Part shown: positions 6,908-15,173 of the stretch, piece after piece
How positions within the stretch are numbered: position 1 is the stretch's first letter
How the letters are laid out: every line of letters starts with the position of its first letter
Assembly: GCA_003280965.1 (NCBI GenBank)
Contig: QCDI01000016.1
Location: 1-15,498 of the forward strand
Origin: Prochlorococcus sp. AG-355-B18
GTDB taxonomy: Bacteria; Cyanobacteriota; Cyanobacteriia; PCC-6307; Cyanobiaceae
Length of the DNA: 15,498 nt
Reading direction: 5' to 3'
Position numbers and translations under genes: made by a program
Notes under the pieces: model-generated
The model's input: the letters and a program-made list of their open reading frames with translations, nothing else
Database searches by the model: none
Told to the model about the DNA's origin: nothing

Positions 6908-7687
6908 TCAATGATGCCCAAGAGGACCTGGTCCGGAACCTATTTTATAAGAATTTTCTAGAGATTTTTCAACAAATAATTTTGCTTTCTGAATGGAATC
7001 AATTAAATCAAACCCTAAAGCAGTGTAACCACAAATTGCTGCGCTTAAAGTACAACCACTACCATGAGAATTTTTTGTTTTAATAAAATTATTCAACAAC
7101 CACTCTCTCCTACCATTTGAATCAAGAAAAAAATCTTTACCTTTCATATTTTTCAAACCGCCACCTTTTATAAGTACAGCTTTAGCACCCATCCTAATAA
7201 TGTTTCTTGCAGATTTTTCAATATCTTCTTTATTACTAATTTCTAAACCAGAAAGTAACTTTGCCTCAAAAATATTGGGTGTTACCAAATCCGCAGTTGG
7301 TAATAAGAGTTTCTTATAAGCATTAATTGCAGAATCTTCAAGTAATTTAGACCCAGTTCTTGTAACCATTACTGGGTCAATAATTTTGGTTATTTTATAT
7401 GTATTTAATTTTGAAGCAGTATCATTTATTATCCTTTCATTAAGTAACATTCCAGTTTTCAAAGCATTAATACCAAAATCAGAGAATAAGGTATCTAACT
7501 GACCTAATAAAGTATTCTGATCTACTGCCTCAACGCATGTAACTTCAATACTATTTTGTGCAGTTATACATGTAATTACAGAGCAACCATGTACTTTAAG
7601 TGCCATAAAAGTTCGAAGGTCAGCCTGGATTCCTGCTCCCCCTCCGGAGTCACTTCCCCCTATTGTAAGTGCAATTTTAGAATACAT
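6908..7687 (-). CDS. thiD: Hydroxymethylpyrimidine/phosphomethylpyrimidine kinase
   Basis: [52 protein letters not shown] motifs. Confidence 0.96.
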   Translation of the reverse strand: MYSKIALTIGGSDSGGGAGIQADLRTFMALKVHGCSVITCITAQNSIEVTCVEAVDQNTLLGQLDTLFSDFGINALKTGMLLNERIINDTASKLNTYKITKIIDPVMVTRTGSKLLEDSAINAYKKLLLPTADLVTPNIFEAKLLSGLEISNKEDIEKSARNIIRMGAKAVLIKGGGLKNMKGKDFFLDSNGRREWLLNNFIKTKNSHGSGCTLSAAICGYTALGFDLIDSIQKAKLFVEKSLENSYKIGSGPGPLGHH

Positions 7688-7736
7688 AATTTATTAAGTC
7701 GTTTTTGAAAGTACTATAAATAAATTTTAATTTAAA

Positions 7737-8360
7737 TCAGAAATCTGAATATGCATTAAAAAAATCTAACTCCAATTCCATAGCTCTCCTGTATAAATAT
7801 TTGGCATGATTAATATCATATGTTTCTTTATTAGTCTCAATAAGATTTTCAAGTGAATCTGCTAGCTTTTCAAAGCTCTCATCAGAATAAGTAATTATCC
7901 ATTCTTTATATTTAATGTCAAAATCCTCCTTATACAAACTTTTTCCTATCCAAGAATAAAGTCGCATACATGGAGTCATTGCAAACATTATTTCAACGGA
8001 GCTAAGTCTTTTGGAAGTATCATCAAGAAAATCTGTATAATTTTTAGTAGCTTTTTTTATATAGTTATTAGACAAATCAATATCCCATTCTTTTGCATAC
8101 GTTTCATGAAGTATTAACTCCTCTGAAACGCCCATTAATAGTTCACTTAACTTCCTTATTGAGTACTTATCTTTTGATTTGGAAACAGCAAGACCATAAG
8201 CCTTAGCAAAAGTCTCTAAAAAGAAATAATCTTGAGCTAAATATTCTTGAAATATATTTTTAGGGAGACTTCCATTCTTTAAACCTTGAACAAATTTTGT
8301 ATTTAAACTTAGTAAAGCAATCTCATAATTATCCTCCCAAAGTTTTTTTGTTATTTTCAT
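7737..8360 (-). CDS. tenA: TenA/THI-4 family aminopyrimidine aminohydrolase (thiaminase II), Cys-type
   Basis: FQEYLAQDYFFL, PCMRLYSWIG (catalytic Cys), YKEWIITYS, ELELDFF motifs; directly upstream of thiD. Confidence 0.93.
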   Translation of the reverse strand: MKITKKLWEDNYEIALLSLNTKFVQGLKNGSLPKNIFQEYLAQDYFFLETFAKAYGLAVSKSKDKYSIRKLSELLMGVSEELILHETYAKEWDIDLSNNYIKKATKNYTDFLDDTSKRLSSVEIMFAMTPCMRLYSWIGKSLYKEDFDIKYKEWIITYSDESFEKLADSLENLIETNKETYDINHAKYLYRRAMELELDFFNAYSDF

Positions 8361-8443
8361 TTTTTTTTTTAGTTATTCTAAAATTTTTTATATTTTTTAA
8401 CTACAAACTTAATCTTATTTTTCTAGGATTAAAAGAAAAAATT

Positions 8444-9940
8444 ATGAAAGAAATAAATATCTTATGGTTTAAGAAAGATTTAAGAATTTTTGATAACGAA
8501 GCTCTCTGTGAGTCTATAAAAGATAATGATATTTTACCTATTTATATTATTGAGTTAGATATTTGGAGCCAAAATACTCATTCAGATAGACAATGGCAAT
8601 TTTGCAAAGAAAGTTTAATAGATTTAAGAAATGCACTTGCTGAGATTGGACAACCATTAATTATTAGGACTGGCAATGTTATTAATATTTTTGATGAAAT
8701 TAGTTTACAATTTAAAATCAAAGGTATATATAGCCATCAAGAAACAGGAGATTGGCTTACTTATAAAAGAGATCAAAAAGTAAGAGAATGGGCTTTAAGC
8801 AAAAATATTATTTGGAAGGAATTTCTACAATTTTCAGTTTTTAGAGGAAATTTAGATAGGAATAATTGGTCTAAAAAGTGGCAAGAAAATTCCGAAAAAA
8901 ACTTACTTAAAGCTCCATTAAGAATTAATTCTATTAACTTTGATATTGGAGAAATACCCTCAGACGAAATTTTTACCTTTAAAAAAGAAACTTGTCCAGG
9001 AAGAATGCAAGGTGGAAGAAAGAAAGGTTTAGAGAGAATGCAATACTTCTTTAGTTATAAATTAGATTCTTATTCAAAAGATATATCTAGCCCAGAAAAA
9101 TCATTTAATAGTTGTACAAGACTATCCCCATATATTTGTTGGGGATGCATTTCATTAAAAGAAATTTTTAAAAAGGCAAATATATCAAAAAACAATAATT
9201 CCAGGATGTTAAAAAGCAGATTAACTTGGCATTGTCATTTTATTCAGAAACTTGAAAGTGAACCAGAACTAGAGTTTAGGGAATATCATCCTTTTTTTAA
9301 AAATATTAGAGAAAAAAATAATGAATTACTTTATTCATGGAGTTCAGGTAATACGGGCTTTCCTTTTATAGATGCATGTATGCGTTCATTAAATTTCAAT
9401 GGATGGATTAACTTTAGGATGCGAGCGATGTTAATGTCTTTTGCTAGCTATAATTTATGGCTACCATGGCAAGATTCAGGTTCTGAATTAGCAAATAAAT
9501 TTGTAGATTATGAGCCTGGAATACATTGGAACCAATGCCAAATGCAATCTGGAACTACGTCTATAAATACCAATAGAATTTATAATCCTATTAAGCAGGG
9601 AAAAGATCATGATCCTCAAGGAAAATTTATAAAAAAATGGATACCAGAATTAAAGGATATATCTCTTAATTTCATTCATGAACCATGGCTATTATCTAAA
9701 TTTAATCAAGAAGAATATGAACAAATTAATTACATAAGACCAATAATTGACATCCCATATAGCACTAAAACTGCAAAGAAAAAAATTCAGGAAATCACTA
9801 AAAAGGGTGGGTATTGGGATATTTCAAAAGAAATTTATTTAAAGCATGGCTCTAGAAAAAGGCTTAGAAAAAATATAAATAACAAAAAAATTATTTCTAA
9901 GGTAAAGGAAAAACAATTCGAACTGAAATTAGATTTCTAA
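8444..9940 (+). CDS. Cryptochrome/DNA photolyase family protein (498 aa, atypical subclass)
   Basis: LWFKKDLRIFDNEAL N-terminus, TRLSPYICWGCIS, GNTGFPFIDACMRSL, GWINFRMR, RIYNPIKQGKDHDPQGKFIKKWIPEL. Start reassigned to ATG 8444. Confidence 0.93.
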   Translation: MKEINILWFKKDLRIFDNEALCESIKDNDILPIYIIELDIWSQNTHSDRQWQFCKESLIDLRNALAEIGQPLIIRTGNVINIFDEISLQFKIKGIYSHQETGDWLTYKRDQKVREWALSKNIIWKEFLQFSVFRGNLDRNNWSKKWQENSEKNLLKAPLRINSINFDIGEIPSDEIFTFKKETCPGRMQGGRKKGLERMQYFFSYKLDSYSKDISSPEKSFNSCTRLSPYICWGCISLKEIFKKANISKNNNSRMLKSRLTWHCHFIQKLESEPELEFREYHPFFKNIREKNNELLYSWSSGNTGFPFIDACMRSLNFNGWINFRMRAMLMSFASYNLWLPWQDSGSELANKFVDYEPGIHWNQCQMQSGTTSINTNRIYNPIKQGKDHDPQGKFIKKWIPELKDISLNFIHEPWLLSKFNQEEYEQINYIRPIIDIPYSTKTAKKKIQEITKKGGYWDISKEIYLKHGSRKRLRKNINNKKIISKVKEKQFELKLDF

Positions 9941-10067
9941 ATTTTATTGTTAGAAATTTCCAGATTCCTTTAAGCGCCAAGGAAAGTTTTTTAAATTTTG
10001 AAATTAAATATATAAATCCACGATGAACTAATGCAAGCTTTAACGTATTTATTAGATTTTATTAATT

Positions 10068-10241
10068 ATGTCTGAAAGATTTGAATGGGACGATACCAAT
10101 AGTTCAGGTATATGGTGGAGTACTAATGTCAGTATTAGAGACGAGTGCATTTTGCTCAAAGAAGATACTAAATGCGAAGATTCTGATATCGTCGAACTTC
10201 TTAGGAGTATTGCACAAAATATTGAAGATAATGGCCTTTAA
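10068..10241 (+). CDS. 57-aa acidic hypothetical protein MSERFEWDDTNSSGIWWSTNVSIRDECILLKEDTKCEDSDIVELLRSIAQNIEDNGL
   Basis: Hand translation; ATG start and no overlap with pip, so preferred over track ORF 10081..10311. Confidence 0.8.
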   Translation: MSERFEWDDTNSSGIWWSTNVSIRDECILLKEDTKCEDSDIVELLRSIAQNIEDNGL

Positions 10242-10264
10242 TTGTGAAAGGAATATTCTCTCTT

Positions 10265-11215
10265 TTAGATATTTTGAATTCCTTTTACAGCTTTTATTAA
10301 TTCGATACTAATACCTTTTTCACTCATTGAATGACCAGCATCATTAACAATAATTAATTCAGAATTCTTTAATTTCTTATTTAGATCCCAAGCACTCCTA
10401 ACAGGACATACTACGTCGTACCTCCCTTGAATTATTTTTGTTGGAATCGATTCTATTATTTTTATATTTTTCAAAATAAAATTATCTTCTAAGAAAATAT
10501 TATTAACAAAATAATGGCATTCGATCCTTGCAAATGCATCTGAAAAAGAATTAACTTGAGACTTATCAAAATCGAATTTTTTATTTATTAAATGACTAGT
10601 TGAAAGTTCCCATTTTGTCCAAGCTGCTGCTGCTTTTGATCTAAGATTTGAATCTGATGATGTTAGATATTTATAAAAAGAACTTATCAAATCATTTCTT
10701 TCTTCTTTTGGTATTACAGAAATATATTCTTCAAATTCATCAGGGAATATCTCACTTGCACCATATTGATAGAACCACAATAATTCAAAAGTTCTACATA
10801 AAAATATTCCTCGCAAAGTTAAGCTCGTAACTCTTGAGGGATTTTTTATTGCATATATAAGTGAAAGTGTTGAGCCCCAAGACCCACCAAACAAATGCCA
10901 ACTATCTATTTTTAATAGAATCCTTAATTTCTCAATATCATCAACTAAATGATTAGTCGTATTTTCTTTTAATTCTGAGAAAGGAGTTGAAGAACCGCAA
11001 CCCCTTTGGTCAAATTGAATAATATCGAATTTATCCGGATCAAAGTATCTTCTATATCTTGGTTGACTTCCTCCTCCTGGGCCTCCATGAATAACTAGTA
11101 TTTTTTTACCATTTGGATTGCCAGATCTTTCCCAATAAATCGTATGAATATCACTTACTTGTAAAAAACCCTTTTCACGAACTTCAATTTTAGGAAACAA
11201 GACTTGATCTTTCAT
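10265..11215 (-). CDS. pip: Proline iminopeptidase (peptidase S33)
   Basis: HGGPGGG, FDQRGCG, GGSWGS nucleophile, GRYDVVCP, AGHS. Confidence 0.96.
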   Translation of the reverse strand: MKDQVLFPKIEVREKGFLQVSDIHTIYWERSGNPNGKKILVIHGGPGGGSQPRYRRYFDPDKFDIIQFDQRGCGSSTPFSELKENTTNHLVDDIEKLRILLKIDSWHLFGGSWGSTLSLIYAIKNPSRVTSLTLRGIFLCRTFELLWFYQYGASEIFPDEFEEYISVIPKEERNDLISSFYKYLTSSDSNLRSKAAAAWTKWELSTSHLINKKFDFDKSQVNSFSDAFARIECHYFVNNIFLEDNFILKNIKIIESIPTKIIQGRYDVVCPVRSAWDLNKKLKNSELIIVNDAGHSMSEKGISIELIKAVKGIQNI

Positions 11216-11286
11216 TGTGAAATATTTTTAAACACTTAATAAATCTATATTATCCAAAAAGGAGTCTAGTTTAGAAGTAATTTGTT

Positions 11287-11318
11287 AAAAAAAAAGGACT
11301 GGTGGTACAGTCCTTTTT
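11287..11318. terminator. Bidirectional intrinsic terminator
   Basis: A-tract then GGACTG-GTGGTA-CAGTCC then TTTTT; the longer U-tract is on the minus strand. Confidence 0.8.
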
Positions 11319-11390
11319 GATATTTGATTTCCTTCTAACAGGATATAAAATTACATATTTAAAGTCTATTTACTCATAAACCTAGAATAC

Positions 11391-11583
11391 GTGAATTCGG
11401 GGATTTCTCTCGATAATTTCAGTCCCTGTTGTCGCTAGTAATTATAAAGCGAAGTCTTATCAGACTAATTGATTGAACTTTAATTTTCGAATAATCCCAT
11501 TCTCAGGAATACGCTTCCTATATTTTGGAATTTGCTAAATTTCAGGCGGACTATCAATCATTTAGATTGCCTCCGAACTCAAC
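11391..11583 (-). ncRNA. ~190-nt structured RNA, probably the manA RNA motif
   Basis: Closing helix TGAGTTCGG/CCGAATTCA, inner helix TGATTGA/TCAATCA, four or five hairpins and two crossing pairings; locally GC-richer intergenic DNA. The manA name comes from recalled architecture and size. Confidence 0.7.
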
Positions 11584-11720
11584 ATTTATAAATTACTCCT
11601 TTTTATATTTTCAGTAAATCCGTAAATATGCTGATTTACTTTTTTCTTAATTTGTAAGAGGATTTTAATGATCCTTTGTTTTTAAAGATAAATATAACAA
11701 TTAAAGCCAATAATACTTAG

Positions 11721-11903
11721 TTATTCAGATTCATATAGCAAAATAGATTCAATTATTCTTTTATCACTTACAGAAAGTTTATAATCTTCCAATTTCCACT
11801 CAACAAACTTTATGCAATCATCAATAGAAGGATTTTTATCGCGGCACTTTCTCCACTCTCTAATCCAATCTGCCAAGGCAAAAGTTATTTTTGTAGTAAG
11901 CAT
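11721..11903 (-). CDS. 60-aa hypothetical protein (MLTTKITFALADWIREWRK...)
   Basis: ATG 11903 lies 2 nt after the stop of the upstream ORF. Confidence 0.8.
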   Translation of the reverse strand: MLTTKITFALADWIREWRKCRDKNPSIDDCIKFVEWKLEDYKLSVSDKRIIESILLYESE

Positions 11904-11905
11904 AT

Positions 11906-12046
11906 TTACCAATCAGGATAATTAAAATCTCCGCCAATAGGTTCTTCATAAAATTCCCCTTCTTTTATACCCTTATCATGTTTTTCAATAATCTTTTTGT
12001 AAGAAGCTATTGAGGGAAGTAAATCTCCCACATATATGGGTTCCAT
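11906..12046 (-). CDS. 46-aa hypothetical protein MEPIYVGDLLPSIASYKKIIEKHDKGIKEGEFYEEPIGGDFNYPDW
   Basis: Hand translation; TAA-AT-ATG coupling to 11721..11903. Confidence 0.75.
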   Translation of the reverse strand: MEPIYVGDLLPSIASYKKIIEKHDKGIKEGEFYEEPIGGDFNYPDW

Positions 12047-12120
12047 CGTAATTGTTATAATTATTTTAATTATTTATTATTTTATAAAGGAATTTAATAA
12101 ATAGATTATTAATATCCATT

Positions 12121-12216
12121 ATGGATTTCATCAAAAAGAACAAGATTCTAACGCTAATGGCGGTAATTGCACTTTTATCTTTTGCATTAGAAAAAGTAGG
12201 CATAATACACCCTTAA
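12121..12216 (+). CDS. 31-aa membrane peptide MDFIKKNKILTLMAVIALLSFALEKVGIIHP
   Basis: Hand translation; basic N-terminus plus a hydrophobic helix. Confidence 0.6.
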   Translation: MDFIKKNKILTLMAVIALLSFALEKVGIIHP

Positions 12217-12217
12217 A

Positions 12218-12331
12218 TTAATTAGGTTTATTGAATACTTCCTAATGGAATAAGTAAACTGATACTATTACTGCAAAAATAAGCAATGGAGATAATAATG
12301 TAAAAATTAAAGTTGAAAGATTAATAACCAT
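12218..12331 (-). pseudogene. Hydrophobic peptide gene MVINLSTLIFTLLSPLLIFAVIVSVYLFH*EVFNKPN*, possibly with a premature stop
   Basis: TM-like ORF with TAG at 12244-12242, then 7 more sense codons to TAA at 12220-12218. Confidence 0.35.
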
Positions 12332-12419
12332 AAATTTTAAATAAATACACAAATTTAATAAACAGCACTTTTAAGCATTTGCAATAAGTAAAATTTAAAT
12401 TATTACGATATAAAAAAAT

Positions 12420-12617
12420 TTGAATAAAGAAAGATATAAAGAAGAATATGAAGAGGGCTCAGACTTACTATGGCCTAGTGATAAAGAAGATAAAATAACT
12501 CGGCAATTTTATAAAGATTTATCTAATCTTTCAAAAAACATAAACTATAGTAAAAAGAAAAAGCTAAAACTTTTTGAACAAGTAGTTAGAATAATAAAAG
12601 GCAAAGGTTGGGGTTAA
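12420..12617 (+). CDS. Hypothetical protein (65 aa)
   Basis: TTG start, charged composition, directly upstream of the CPBP protease gene. Confidence 0.6.
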   Translation: MNKERYKEEYEEGSDLLWPSDKEDKITRQFYKDLSNLSKNINYSKKKKLKLFEQVVRIIKGKGWG

Positions 12618-12634
12618 TTAATATTCAAACAAAA

Positions 12635-13495
12635 ATGAAAAATTTAATGATATTAATTAAAAACTTTTTTCTTTTAAGACCAAGATTTTTATCCACTATA
12701 TTTTTTATTCCAATTCTTTATGGGATTGGCTGGGCTTTATCTAAGCCACTTCTATTATTTAATTTTGAAGAAGAAAATTTATCCTTAATTGGTACTATTT
12801 TTACTTTCTTACTTTTTATTTTTTTACTCCCATATTGGTTTTATATCAAACGAAACAAATCAAGTGCTTGGGTACTTATTGGGATAACTAAAGACAAATT
12901 CTTAAAAAACTTTGTCAATTTTTCTAAAGGTATTTTATTTGCCTTAGTTTTAATAATTCTAATTCTGGTACCACTATTGCAAAAAAATTATATTTCTTGG
13001 ATTGGTGAATTCTCGCCAATAATATTGTTAAATTCTATTGTTCTGGGATTAGGTGTTGGATTCGCAGAGGAAATAATTTTTAGAGGCTGGTTACTAGAAG
13101 AATTAAAATTTGAATATGGTACAAAAATATCAATAGCTTTACAAGCTATAGTTTTTAGCTTTGTTCATAATTTATCAAATGTGATCTTTTGGAACATAAT
13201 AGGATTACGTTTAGGATTTATTTTACTTGGGATATTTCTGTCATTAGTAAAAATTAGAGATAAAGGTTCTCTATGGAATTGCATAGGAATTCATGGAGGA
13301 CTTGTGGGGATTTGGTTTTTTATAAATAACGGATTAATAGAATTCAAAGAAAATACACCTTCTTTTTTAGCAGGGCCTTTTACACAAAATATTCCGAACC
13401 CAATCGGAAGCTTTAGTGCAATTTTAATATTGCTTTTGTTATGTATTTTTTATGCAGTAAAATCAAAAACATATTTCCTTAGACGTTTTAATTAG
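12635..13495 (+). CDS. CPBP (Abi/CAAX) family intramembrane glutamic endopeptidase
   Basis: Multiple TM helices; motifs AEEIIFRG, FSFVH, IGIHGGLV. Start at ATG 12635 or 12647. Confidence 0.9.
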   Translation: MKNLMILIKNFFLLRPRFLSTIFFIPILYGIGWALSKPLLLFNFEEENLSLIGTIFTFLLFIFLLPYWFYIKRNKSSAWVLIGITKDKFLKNFVNFSKGILFALVLIILILVPLLQKNYISWIGEFSPIILLNSIVLGLGVGFAEEIIFRGWLLEELKFEYGTKISIALQAIVFSFVHNLSNVIFWNIIGLRLGFILLGIFLSLVKIRDKGSLWNCIGIHGGLVGIWFFINNGLIEFKENTPSFLAGPFTQNIPNPIGSFSAILILLLLCIFYAVKSKTYFLRRFN

Positions 13496-13557
13496 ATATA
13501 AATACCGATTGATTTTTTATTAGTACTTGTCAGATTAAAATAAAGCTTAATACTCTT

Positions 13558-13722
13558 ATGAACTTTGAGGCAGGAATAAGATTTATTGTCTTTTTAGTAA
13601 TTTTTGGATTTACAAACTATCTAATGATGTTGAGAAGATATGAAAACGACATCAAAAAAAAGAAATTTTTACAACAGGAAAAAATTTCCAGGCTATACCC
13701 TAAAGGTTCATTTATTTTCTAA
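13558..13722 (+). CDS. 54-aa membrane-anchored protein MNFEAGIRFIVFLVIFGFTNYLMMLRRYENDIKKKKFLQQEKISRLYPKGSFIF
   Basis: Hand translation; TM helix plus a QQEKISRLYP motif shared with 4261..4410. Confidence 0.7.
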   Translation: MNFEAGIRFIVFLVIFGFTNYLMMLRRYENDIKKKKFLQQEKISRLYPKGSFIF

Positions 13723-13748
13723 TATTAAAAAGTTTTTGTAAAATTTCC

Positions 13749-14006
13749 TCACCATTTTTTATTAGTTTTTTGCCACCCTTCATTTAACAATTTTTGCCAT
13801 AATAATCTTGCTTCTTCGATATCAATTTTTTTTCTAGTTTTCATTAATGGAGGATTTCCTCCATGAATTCCCATAATTATTCCTTCTTCAATAAACATAT
13901 AATCAATAGATTTATCAGAATGATCTTTATCTTTGTGGAAACGCATCACCCCTACAAAATTGGAGTCAATTAACCAGAAATCATTAGTTGAATTCAATAA
14001 AACCAA
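13749..14006 (-). CDS. DUF1651-family protein
   Basis: PPLMKTRK...EARLLWQKLLNEGWQ...W pattern typical of this picocyanobacterial family. Confidence 0.8.
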   Translation of the reverse strand: MVLLNSTNDFWLIDSNFVGVMRFHKDKDHSDKSIDYMFIEEGIIMGIHGGNPPLMKTRKKIDIEEARLLWQKLLNEGWQKTNKKW

Positions 14007-14069
14007 AATAAAATTAAATTTATCACACGTTTGATTGCAATCTGGGAGGATAATATTTATTCATTTTAT

Positions 14070-14501
14070 TCATATTTGATATGTTTTTTCTTTTTGTCTA
14101 CTTTTTTTCAATTCGCCATGTTTTTTCTTAACCTCAACTCTTTTCTTTTGTGATGCTTTAGTAGGTTGTGTAGATTTTCTTAATTTAAATGGTTTATTTA
14201 AAGCATTTTTTATGATTGAACTAAATTTCATTAAAGCTAGCTGCCTATTTAATAATTGATTTCTGTGTTCTTGAACTGCTAAACGTAAGCTATTATTATT
14301 CACTAATTTATTATTCAAGTTTCTCTTAAGAATTTCTTTCTGATAATCATTTAATACTTTGGAATCTTCTAAATTAAAAATAATCTCTACTCTGCTTTCA
14401 ATTTTATTTACATTTTGCCCTCCAGGACCGGAGGATCTGGAAAATCGCCATTTAATTTCGTTGGATGGGATTACTAATGTTTTAGTAATTTTTAAATCCA
14501 T
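14070..14501 (-). CDS. arfB: Alternative ribosome rescue peptidyl-tRNA hydrolase ArfB (YaeJ)
   Basis: FSRSSGPGGQNVNK GGQ motif, RNQLLNR, basic C-terminal tail. Confidence 0.93.
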   Translation of the reverse strand: MDLKITKTLVIPSNEIKWRFSRSSGPGGQNVNKIESRVEIIFNLEDSKVLNDYQKEILKRNLNNKLVNNNSLRLAVQEHRNQLLNRQLALMKFSSIIKNALNKPFKLRKSTQPTKASQKKRVEVKKKHGELKKSRQKEKTYQI

Positions 14502-14706
14502 TTATAGTTCTTTCTGATTTAGATTTTTAGAATCATCTCCTTAATACTTTAAAATATACCTTAAAAATTAGATCGGTAAATACTGGGCGGTTATGTTAGG
14601 TAAACCGAAATTCGGTGTATTTGCCGTATTAATATCTTCGGTATTTATCCTTTCATATTTCAAAGAATCATCTGATATTGAATTTGTACTAATTCAAAGG
14701 TCACTT

Positions 14707-14943
14707 ATGTATTCAATGTTTGATCTTCTTTTTGAAACACCTTCATATCGTCCAGTATATGTTATTTCCGATAGTGAAATGAAGGAGTTAAAGAAAAACC
14801 AACATCAAGAAGAGCTTGATGAAATTAAAACACAAAAAGTAAGACTTGAAGATGCTTTTAAAGCTCAACTAAAACATCTTGAAGAGAGAGAAAAAGAAGT
14901 AAAGAAAGAACTTAAAGTTCTCTCAGCCTCAAAAGATAAATAA
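14707..14943 (+). CDS. 78-aa coiled-coil hypothetical protein (MYSMFDLLFETPSYRPVYVISDSEMKELKK...)
   Basis: AAAGGT SD-like element before ATG 14707; followed by a terminator. The track's upstream extension covers promoter-like motifs. Confidence 0.8.
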   Translation: MYSMFDLLFETPSYRPVYVISDSEMKELKKNQHQEELDEIKTQKVRLEDAFKAQLKHLEEREKEVKKELKVLSASKDK

Positions 14944-14970
14944 TTTATTTTTAGAGAAATTACTTTTTTC

Positions 14971-14997
14971 AAAGACGGTTCAAAACCGTCTTTTTTT
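14971..14997 (+). terminator. Intrinsic terminator
   Basis: AAAGACGGTT-CAA-AACCGTCTTT followed by further Ts, 27 nt after the stop. Confidence 0.85.
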
Positions 14998-15063
14998 AAT
15001 TCTTCTAGTTTTAAAGTATCTATTAAATCCACAGATTTTAAAAATATTTTCCATAATTAAAAA

Positions 15064-15168
15064 ATGAATAACAAAAAAGAAAAAATAAGAATGTTCTTAC
15101 CCTTTAGCTGGGTCATTTGTGCAGCAATATCTTTCGCTTATATAAATTCACATTTAATAAATACTTAA
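15064..15168 (+). CDS. 34-aa membrane peptide MNNKKEKIRMFLPFSWVICAAISFAYINSHLINT
   Basis: Hand translation; the stop is 5 nt before the next ATG. Confidence 0.55.
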   Translation: MNNKKEKIRMFLPFSWVICAAISFAYINSHLINT

Positions 15169-15173
15169 CATAA

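Noticed and set aside
6714..7083. Track ORFs 6714..6911(-) and 6817..7083(+)
   Set aside because: Shadows of the 6704..6874 ORF and of thiD.
8297..8443. Hydrophobic N-terminal extension of the photolyase
   Set aside because: Overlaps the tenA start and derives from T-rich intergenic DNA; the family N-terminus begins at ATG 8444.
8361..8443. TPP riboswitch upstream of tenA
   Set aside because: No CTGAGA or other THI-box motifs; too short and too AT-rich.
10081..10830. Track ORFs 10081..10311 and 10648..10830
   Set aside because: The first is the wrong frame of 10068..10241 and overlaps pip; the second is antisense to pip.
14593..14706. N-terminal extension of the 116-aa track ORF
   Set aside because: Covers promoter-like palindromes; an SD-like element supports ATG 14707.
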